A DNA stretch of 16,620 nucleotides from Candidatus Iainarchaeum sp. (GTDB lineage Archaea > Iainarchaeota > Iainarchaeia > Iainarchaeales > CSSED10-239): NCBI GenBank assembly GCA_028693335.1, contig JAQUVR010000004.1, forward strand, positions 1-16,620, read 5' to 3'. Within the stretch, counting starts at the first letter, position 1; each line of letters opens with the position of its first letter. Made by a program: the position numbers and the translations under genes. This document shows, in pieces, positions 1 to 6,849 of this stretch. Under the pieces are notes generated by a model. It worked only from the letters and a program-made list of their open reading frames with translations. It was not told the DNA's origin and did not search any database.

Positions 1-318
1 GAAAATATTGACGACCTTATAAAATTGCCTGGTGTTGGTAGAAAAACAGCAAACTTGGTTATGTCAATTGCATTTAATAAACCAGCAATATGTGTTGATA
101 TACATGTTTTTAGAATAACTAACAGAATAGGTATTTTAGAAAGCAAAGATCCAATTGACACAGAAAAAAAATTAAGGGAATTATTACCTACTTCTTATTG
201 GTCTCTTACAAATAGTATCTTTGTAAAACTTGGTCAAAATATCTGCTTACCAAGATCACCAAAATGTAATATTTGCCCTATTGAAAAAAAATGTAAGAAA
301 AGAATTACTTTGAATTAG
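1..318 (+). CDS. nth: Endonuclease III (HhH-GPD base-excision DNA glycosylase), C-terminal part; the 5' end lies outside the window
   Basis: Frame 1 is open from base 1 (ENIDDLIKLPGVGRKTANLV...), so the TTG at 25 is not the real start. There is a helix-hairpin-helix LPGVGRKTA, a VDIHVFRITNRIG motif, and a terminal 4Fe-4S ligand pattern C-x6-C-x2-C-x5-C (CLPRSPKCNICPIEKKC, nt 244-294). Confidence 0.85.
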   Translation, partial: ENIDDLIKLPGVGRKTANLVMSIAFNKPAICVDIHVFRITNRIGILESKDPIDTEKKLRELLPTSYWSLTNSIFVKLGQNICLPRSPKCNICPIEKKCKKRITLN

Positions 319-643
319 CAATTCTTAATATTGCAACAATTGATACAATTAATGCTGCAGGACTTACAAAACTTACGAAATTTACAACAACTCTATGTAA
401 AAATGCACCAACTAATGGCAAAGTACCAAGTGGTGTTGCACTAGTTGCAATTAACACAATTGCTGCTAATAAAAATGGTATTATGTCTTTATCTTCAATA
501 TTTAGTAAACCAATCAATATTCCAAGCAACAACAAAATTAAAGTTACCCAAGTAACTCCAGTCAAAGATGGAAAAATCGCAAAAACTATTGAAAATAAAA
601 TTCCAATTAAAAAAGCATAAGCGCCTAATCTTTGAATAGTCAT
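305..643 (-). CDS. Small integral membrane protein (about 3-4 TM helices), function unknown
   Basis: 112-aa ORF that is almost entirely hydrophobic helices (AYAFLIGILFSIVFAIF, VTLILLLLGILIGLL, FLLAAIVLIATSA, PAALIVSIVAIL). Its 3' end overlaps the convergent nth by 14 nt. A TATA-like AT block and a G6 tract lie just upstream. Confidence 0.55.
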   Translation of the reverse strand: MTIQRLGAYAFLIGILFSIVFAIFPSLTGVTWVTLILLLLGILIGLLNIEDKDIIPFLLAAIVLIATSATPLGTLPLVGAFLHRVVVNFVSFVSPAALIVSIVAILRIANSK

Positions 644-750
644 ATTTTTTCAAAACCCCCCAAAAAATAATATATTAAATAAAGAAATATAATAGAAAAT
701 GTTTTTAAAAAAGATTGTTTATATCAAATAAAGATAAAACAAAAAATTAG

Positions 751-786
751 GCAAAAAAGAAGGAGAGAAAAAACATTTTCTCTCTT
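751..786 (-). terminator. Hairpin plus T6 tract (second of two) downstream of the 889..1374 gene
   Basis: Stem 761-771 (AGGAGAGAAAA) pairs with 776-786 (TTTTCTCTCTT), 11 bp including one G-U, with loop AACA. On the minus strand it is followed by TCTTTTTTGCC (plus-strand A753-A758). Confidence 0.4.
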
Positions 787-803
787 ATTCTTAAATATCA
801 TAG

Positions 804-848
804 GCAAAAAAGAGGGAAAAAAAGAGAAAATATCTATACTCTCTTTTT
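804..848 (-). terminator. Hairpin plus T6 tract (first of two) downstream of the 889..1374 gene
   Basis: Stem AAAAAGAGA (819-827) pairs with TCTCTTTTT (840-848) around a 12-nt loop. Read on the minus strand it is followed by CCCTCTTTTTTGCC, i.e. a T6 tract (plus-strand A806-A811). Confidence 0.4.
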
Positions 849-888
849 CCACAATTTTATTTTTGGGGGTTGAATTTTTTTAAATGAT

Positions 889-1374
889 TTATTTAACTAT
901 AAAATAAACCTTTCTTCCTGAAACAATTTTACTTAAATGACCAACTTTTACTAAATTATTAAGTCTTTGACTTGCTGCATTTGTTCCTTTGTATTTAAAT
1001 TCTGTTTTTATTGTTTCAGCATCTGCTTTTCCAACAGATCTAATATAACTTATTATCTTATCATCAGTTTCTGATGGTATTGAAAGCAAAGATGAATTTT
1101 CTGATTGGTTTTTTTGTTGTAACATAAACTGTAATTTATCATATTTTTCATTTATGTTTCTTAGTAACTCATTTGTTTGCTTCTTTTCTTCAATTAACTT
1201 ATATATCAAAACTGATAATAACATTGGATCATTAAACTTTTCTTGAACCTTTATCAGATCATCAAGACCAACTTCCTTAATTGTTTCTTGACCTAACAAT
1301 TGTTCCAAGAATTGCTTCTTTATTAACAATGATTCTTGATCCTTAGTAATTGAATTGTCATTATTTTGTGTCAT
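889..1374 (-). CDS. Coiled-coil protein with a C-terminal winged-helix DNA-binding domain (putative transcription regulator)
   Basis: 161-aa ORF. The N-terminal two-thirds is charged and heptad-like (LLIKKQFLEQLLGQ..., LIEEKKQTNELLRNINEKYDKLQFMLQQ). The C-terminal ~55 aa (DDKIISYIRSVGKADAETIKTEFKYKGTNAASQRLNNLVKVGHLSKIVSGRKVYFIVK) has the helix-turn-helix plus beta-wing pattern of MarR/TrmB-type wHTH domains. Confidence 0.55.
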   Translation of the reverse strand: MTQNNDNSITKDQESLLIKKQFLEQLLGQETIKEVGLDDLIKVQEKFNDPMLLSVLIYKLIEEKKQTNELLRNINEKYDKLQFMLQQKNQSENSSLLSIPSETDDKIISYIRSVGKADAETIKTEFKYKGTNAASQRLNNLVKVGHLSKIVSGRKVYFIVK

Positions 1375-1398
1375 GTTATATCATGATTATGTCATGAC
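1371..1398 (-). promoter_or_regulatory. Three helically phased CATGA repeats spanning the start codon of the wHTH gene (candidate operator and/or start-stop mini-ORFs)
   Basis: The minus strand reads gtCATGAcataatCATGAtataaCATGAcacaa, with spacings of 11 and 10 nt. The third ATG (1374..1372) is the ORF start. A TATA-like TTATTTTAATAAA lies immediately upstream (plus-strand ~1399-1412). Confidence 0.35.
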
Positions 1399-1736
1399 TT
1401 TATTAAAATAAGATCGGATTTGTTTTTCCTAAAGAAATAGTTTTTTTAGTTTGGTTTTTTAACTGGTGGCTTAAGTAAGGGATATAAGGGGGAGATTTTA
1501 TTCAATTAATTATGTATAATCATTTGTTTTTCATTAAATAAAGGGTCCCAACAACATATACTGAAACAATTTCTGACATATAATATAAATCTAATACTAA
1601 CATAAATACCACCAATTTACAAAATAATTAAAGGCAAAATAATTATTTTTCTAATAAAACTTACTTGTAAATATATATTAATAGATCCACATTGATTTTC
1701 ACAAGAATAATACAAAATTAGTAAGAAAATCAAACA

Positions 1737-2864
1737 TTAAAACAATCTGCTCTCTCTTCTTTGATTCCGAAAGCCAAAATTTTTGGTTTTTTCAAGGATT
1801 TTAGTCATAATTTGATCTATTTCTACCATTGTTAATCTACTTCTAATATCTGCTTCTATTAATGCAGTTGGATAAATATAGTTTTTATTAAAAGAACATA
1901 ATGCAGATATCATAGAAACAATCTTATCAGTATACTCTTTTAAAGAATATCCAAAATCTTTAAAATAAATAAACTCAATTCTTAAAGGATAATCAACATC
2001 TGATAATTTAAGATATGTAACATAAAGATTATCGCTATATTCATTTAAAAAATCACAAAGAACTGGATGAGATTCTGGCTCTTTTGAGTATTTAAAAACC
2101 CCTGTTCTATAATTAATAGGACAAAGAGAAAAAACAGTAAATAGATCAAATAACTCATTAGAAGAATCATCTAAAAGACTTTTTGTTTCATCTATCTCTT
2201 CCTTTAAGATATTAAAAAATCTATTTGCTCTACAATCTTCAATACAACCAACTAAAAATATTTTTTTTTGTTTTGAAAGTTCATATAATTGTATAAATTT
2301 TAGAATTAGTTTATCATATTCCACTCTTTCTTTACAATCTTTTGTAGGTTTATTAATATACTGTGGAATAATAGATCCATCTATCAAAGAAATTGAAAGA
2401 TCTTGTGACTCTATTATCTTTTTTGTAAGATCTAATTCTTTATTTAATCTTAATATCCCAGAATTCCACAAAATTTCTTCTAATTCTAAAGAAGAACTTG
2501 ATAAATATGGTTTTGCTTGATTATATATTTTTGGAAAATATTTATGATCTGTTAATTTATTATCAACATATTTAAAATAAACACCAACTTCTTTGACAAC
2601 AGTAATATTTGCAAAATTAAATTGTTTACTTACAAAACCAGAATCAACTGCAGAAACCGAAAAATCAAGAGAACCAATTTCTATTGGATTAATTAATTTT
2701 TCTTCTAAATTATATGGGTTTGTTATTTTACTTAAATCAACTGCTTTTAATTTATCAATAATCTTATTATTTTTATTTAGTCCATTTAACATAACTTCTA
2801 TTATTTGATCTACAGAATCAACACTTTTATTTTCCATAACCGTTTCTCTTATTTTATTGGACAC
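1737..2864 (-). CDS. nurA: NurA-family 5'-3' nuclease (DNA end-resection nuclease)
   Basis: The ordered motif set of the NurA domain is present: VSAVDSGF (first acidic motif), VVKE, SLIDGSI (DGS motif), LVGCIEDCRANRF, PINYRTGVF, YVTYLKLSDVDYPLRIEF, and YIYPTALIEADIRSRL near the C-terminus. The listed start is a GTG that overlaps the upstream gene by 16 nt. The ATG at 2837 (MENKSVDS...) is an equally plausible start, 11 nt after the upstream stop. Confidence 0.65.
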   Translation of the reverse strand: MSNKIRETVMENKSVDSVDQIIEVMLNGLNKNNKIIDKLKAVDLSKITNPYNLEEKLINPIEIGSLDFSVSAVDSGFVSKQFNFANITVVKEVGVYFKYVDNKLTDHKYFPKIYNQAKPYLSSSSLELEEILWNSGILRLNKELDLTKKIIESQDLSISLIDGSIIPQYINKPTKDCKERVEYDKLILKFIQLYELSKQKKIFLVGCIEDCRANRFFNILKEEIDETKSLLDDSSNELFDLFTVFSLCPINYRTGVFKYSKEPESHPVLCDFLNEYSDNLYVTYLKLSDVDYPLRIEFIYFKDFGYSLKEYTDKIVSMISALCSFNKNYIYPTALIEADIRSRLTMVEIDQIMTKILEKTKNFGFRNQRRESRLF

Positions 2865-5800
2865 ACTTTATTTTTTTTATAATTGTTTAATATATCCAAA
2901 TCTTTTTGTGATTTGTTATTTAAATAATTGTCAAAATCAAAAATAAAAATATCATTACAACTAATTTTATTACACGAGAATAATTGACAATATATTTTTT
3001 GATTAATATCACAAAGATTAGAATATATTTTTTGATTGTAATCTACAACTTCAAATTTAAAATTAATAACTGAAATATCAGCCAATATTTCATCAGTTCT
3101 TTTATTTAAAAATATAATAAAAAATGGATCTTGAGAAGTTATATTAAACTGATCTATATTATTTACATTTGCAAGTAAAAAATCATTATCTAATAAAACA
3201 TCTTGCAAATTATTTATTTGTAAATCTGAAAATAACAAAGAATCTATTGTTTTATAAATTAAAGAATCATCAAAAACCTTGCCAATAACTATTTGACCAG
3301 TCTTATATTCTTGAGGAATTGTTATTTGAACAGTTTTATTTTCTAAATAATATAAATTTGAATTAATTTTATCACTATTTAAAATATCTAAATCAACATC
3401 TATCTCATTAAAATAATCATTTACTGAATAATTAAAAGTGATGTTTTTTACTGAATCTAATAACTCATAAAAAGAATAAAAATTTCTGTTTTCTCTATAA
3501 TCAGGATTATGCCAAAAATAATAATTTTGATCATCTTGAGAATAACAAACTTTTCCTAATTTTATGTCTGTTATTATTTTTGATATTGATGAATTATTCT
3601 CACCTAAATAAAAAGAATCTAAATTAGATGGAATGGTTAAGATGTTATTTACTTTATTAATTCTTGCTTGTTCAACAAATACATCACTAGTTTGATTATC
3701 TAAAACAATTTCTAATTGATTTTCTGTGGCATTATAATTTTTTAAAATATACAGTTCTAATTTATTTTTATTATCATTAAACAAAAATGTAGACCTGTTT
3801 AGATGATCAAAATAATTAACAGAATAATTAATATCTCCTGACCCCAAATAAAAGAATAATGGCAAACTATCAATAAATGTTATGTTATTTAGGCCAAAAG
3901 AATTTTTTTGCTTATCAAAAGATAAAATTTTACCACTTCTAATTTCTTGTGATTTTGAAAAATCAGTGATTATTTCTGAATCTCTGAAATTTAAATAATT
4001 GATATTGGGTTTTTTTAAAAACGGAACATTTGAATAAAAATTACTTCTTGCATTTATTGGTTGAGAAAGTAAATAATCTTTATTTGAATCTAAACTATAA
4101 AGTTTATTTATTGCATAAATTGCAGATCTATTATCTCTGTCTTTAGAAACAATTACAAACTCATAAATTCCAATATCATCTATTGATTTTATATCAGAAT
4201 CATTTGATAATTGTAAAGACCAAGAATTATCTAAAAATGTTGTGCTATTAAAAATATTAAAAGTATTAGAACCCTCTTCTAAAGCCCCAAGATATTTTGG
4301 GATAATTATAGACTTGTTAATAGAATCTCCAAAATAAGAAGTTAAACTTTTATAAAAATCATTAAAAATATTTGAATAAAGATCTCTGTTTTCAAAATTA
4401 ATATCTAAAATAATATTTTTTTGATTATTTAAAAAATCACTCGCAGTAAATTGATAATAAATTGTATTATCTTTTATATAACTATAATAACTATTATTTG
4501 TAGCCCTTGAAATGAAATTAGTTGTTATTGTTTCATTATAATCATTTAAATCAAAATAAACACTCAATATTAAATAATCTTGTAATTTAAAAGGAACATT
4601 CTCATTTAAAAATAAAAACAAATTATTAAACTTTTCAAAAAAACTATTTTGCTCAGACAAATTAATAATTTTATCTTTTGTGATCAATTTCAATAAGTCT
4701 TGCCCAGATAAGTTTTCTTTTATCTCGTAACAATTATCAGAACAATTAACTAAAAAATCAATTTCACCTAATCTAACAGAAGTATCAGATAAATCTAATT
4801 TCTTTGACTGAGTTATTTTCAATTGATCTTGATCGCAAATAAATTTACCATAATCACAATCATTATAGGTTATATTCTCAAAATCCCAAGATAATAACAA
4901 CTTATCAAAGCCATCATTATAAAAATTATCCAATCCAGTTTTACCAACACCAAAAACAGAACTATTACAATTTCCAAAAAATATATCTGAATCTATATTT
5001 TCATTATCACAATATCTTAAATAAAAATCAGATTCTAAATTTTTAAGAGATGTAGTTTCACTAAAACCATTAAATTTTTGATCACTATTATCAGTAAAAT
5101 AAACAGAATTATTATTTAAAGAATTATTGCTTAAAGAAATTACTACATTACTTGGGGCGTGTCTATCAATTAATGCTTTATAATCATCAGTTAAGGAATA
5201 ATAAAAATTACCAATATCAGTAACTAAAGAATTATTTAATATTAAAGCATTACCAATAAGACCAACAGGATCCATAGTACATTCCATAGCATAATCTTGA
5301 TCTCCTATCCATACTCTCCAATTTCCAGATTCACCATTATCAACACCCCAAGAATTTCTAATTAACCAATATTCTTTACCAGATTCTTGATCTACACCCC
5401 AACCATATAAAACGATTCTGTGACCAACAGATCCATATACTCTTGTTGCATTAACATCAAAATCAGATCTTATATGCTTTAAATTATTACGTCTAAAATA
5501 ATTTACCCATTTATCACTTAATTTCCAACTATATCCATCCAATTGATAATTATTATTTAATTCAACCCATTGCTGACCTAACCTATCAACATAAGTATTT
5601 CCTTTTTTTCCAACAGGTTCCCAAACACCAGAACCATAATAAGTAAATGTTGTTGCAGCACCTGAAAAATTTATAGACAGAGGAGATACTCTCAATGCTT
5701 GTTTTAATTTAAAAACTAATTCTCTTTTTTTTAAATCATCACTACAATCAGAAGAAATTTGAAACATTTGTCCTTTAATAAAATATTTATTTGCATTTGG

Positions 5801-6817
5801 TTTTAGATGTTCTGCTAAATTATAATAAATTATGGGTTTATCACTTAAATCTCTACAAAATTCACTATTTAAATTTGCTCTAGGAATATTATATTTTTGC
5901 ATAATTGGAAAAACATCCATTCCTGATTTTGCAATTGTTGTTCTTGGTGGCAGCTCCAAAATTTCACAAGAATCATATTTAAGATGAGGATAATCTTCTT
6001 CTAATGTTAAACCAAACGGATATTCGTTAATTAATTTTGTGTGTTCAAAAAACCAATTAAAAACATATTTTTTTATATCTGTATTATATATAACATAATC
6101 ACTTTTTTTCTCAGCATTATGCAAATTTAATAATAAAGACATTTGATCTGAAGAAAAATCAAAATAATTTGAAAAAAAAGTTCTACCTAATGGATAAATA
6201 ATATTTGCAGAAACAGCTATTTTACTTCCAGACCCAGAACAACCTCTATTATTTAAATAAGAAATTAAATATTGTTCAGAAAAAATTAATCTCTCACCAG
6301 TTTTTTTAAAAAAATAACCTTGAAATAATTGAGAAACACTATGTGCCCAGCAATTACCACAGGATTGATTTGTAGCAGTACTAGCATCTGTATAATATGG
6401 CCACATTACTTGATCTCTTAAATTTGTGGGAGAAACATATTTTCTATAACTGTATGTGCTATCTGCTTCTGGCATTGATAAAAGACCAGACAACTTAGAA
6501 AGATCGTTTGATTTAGATAGATCTTCTATATTCTCATCAAGATTTTCATCAAAATCAATTAAATTAGTATTAAATTCAATAATATCTAGGTCTTTAGTTT
6601 CCATCTCTAAAGGAATTTGATAAGCTAGATCCATTACAGGATGATTTTCATAAATTTCATTATTAATTTTTATTAATTTTTCAAAATAATCATCATTAAA
6701 AATGTTCTCATAATTAGAGTCTTTAAATTTAAAATGAACATTATAAATTAGAATAAACAAAAAGATTACCAAAATCAAAAAAACTATTAAAAACAAAAAT
6801 TTTAATTTATTTTTCAT
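2849..6817 (-). CDS. Giant (1322 aa) membrane-anchored or secreted papain-like cysteine protease (peptidase family C1) with a long Asn/Asp/Ser-rich extracellular C-terminal region
   Basis: There is an N-terminal signal anchor (KFLFLIVFLILVIFLFILIY). The papain catalytic signatures appear in order: NQSCGNCWAHS (Cys156, codon 6350-6352), PLSINFSGAATTFTYYGSGVW, GHRIVLYGWG (His466, codon 5420-5422), and YWLIRNSWG (Asn488, codon 5354-5356). About 800 further residues show no motif I recognise. Confidence 0.8.
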   Translation of the reverse strand: MKNKLKFLFLIVFLILVIFLFILIYNVHFKFKDSNYENIFNDDYFEKLIKINNEIYENHPVMDLAYQIPLEMETKDLDIIEFNTNLIDFDENLDENIEDLSKSNDLSKLSGLLSMPEADSTYSYRKYVSPTNLRDQVMWPYYTDASTATNQSCGNCWAHSVSQLFQGYFFKKTGERLIFSEQYLISYLNNRGCSGSGSKIAVSANIIYPLGRTFFSNYFDFSSDQMSLLLNLHNAEKKSDYVIYNTDIKKYVFNWFFEHTKLINEYPFGLTLEEDYPHLKYDSCEILELPPRTTIAKSGMDVFPIMQKYNIPRANLNSEFCRDLSDKPIIYYNLAEHLKPNANKYFIKGQMFQISSDCSDDLKKRELVFKLKQALRVSPLSINFSGAATTFTYYGSGVWEPVGKKGNTYVDRLGQQWVELNNNYQLDGYSWKLSDKWVNYFRRNNLKHIRSDFDVNATRVYGSVGHRIVLYGWGVDQESGKEYWLIRNSWGVDNGESGNWRVWIGDQDYAMECTMDPVGLIGNALILNNSLVTDIGNFYYSLTDDYKALIDRHAPSNVVISLSNNSLNNNSVYFTDNSDQKFNGFSETTSLKNLESDFYLRYCDNENIDSDIFFGNCNSSVFGVGKTGLDNFYNDGFDKLLLSWDFENITYNDCDYGKFICDQDQLKITQSKKLDLSDTSVRLGEIDFLVNCSDNCYEIKENLSGQDLLKLITKDKIINLSEQNSFFEKFNNLFLFLNENVPFKLQDYLILSVYFDLNDYNETITTNFISRATNNSYYSYIKDNTIYYQFTASDFLNNQKNIILDINFENRDLYSNIFNDFYKSLTSYFGDSINKSIIIPKYLGALEEGSNTFNIFNSTTFLDNSWSLQLSNDSDIKSIDDIGIYEFVIVSKDRDNRSAIYAINKLYSLDSNKDYLLSQPINARSNFYSNVPFLKKPNINYLNFRDSEIITDFSKSQEIRSGKILSFDKQKNSFGLNNITFIDSLPLFFYLGSGDINYSVNYFDHLNRSTFLFNDNKNKLELYILKNYNATENQLEIVLDNQTSDVFVEQARINKVNNILTIPSNLDSFYLGENNSSISKIITDIKLGKVCYSQDDQNYYFWHNPDYRENRNFYSFYELLDSVKNITFNYSVNDYFNEIDVDLDILNSDKINSNLYYLENKTVQITIPQEYKTGQIVIGKVFDDSLIYKTIDSLLFSDLQINNLQDVLLDNDFLLANVNNIDQFNITSQDPFFIIFLNKRTDEILADISVINFKFEVVDYNQKIYSNLCDINQKIYCQLFSCNKISCNDIFIFDFDNYLNNKSQKDLDILNNYKKNKVCPIK

Positions 6818-6849
6818 TAAATATCCCGTAGATCTATATTACAAATAAA

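Larger units (their letters stand above)
748..853. repeat. Tandem duplication of a ~53-bp unit, each unit being TAGGCAAAAAAGA plus a purine/pyrimidine hairpin
   Basis: Unit 1 is 748-800 and unit 2 is 801-853. Both begin with the identical 13-mer TAGGCAAAAAAGA, and each then forms its own hairpin. The stems differ in sequence but stay self-complementary. Confidence 0.55.

Noticed and set aside
650-873. MITE-like mobile element delimited by the CCCCCAAAAA / TTTTTGGGGG inverted repeat
   Set aside because: No target-site duplication is visible next to the repeats and no second copy occurs in the window. The repeat arms coincide with the recurrent leader G-tract motif, which explains them more simply.
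1441-1600. Box C/D sRNA in the long spacer (two CTGA at 1561-1564 and 1573-1576; ATGATTA on the minus strand)
   Set aside because: No RUGAUGA box lies at the right distance and orientation from either CTGA, and no terminal stem brings the boxes together.
2593-2808. 71-aa plus-strand ORF antisense to the NurA gene
   Set aside because: It lies entirely inside a gene with a strong ordered motif set, has low-complexity hydrophobic composition typical of antisense reading of AT-rich coding DNA, and has no SD or promoter context.
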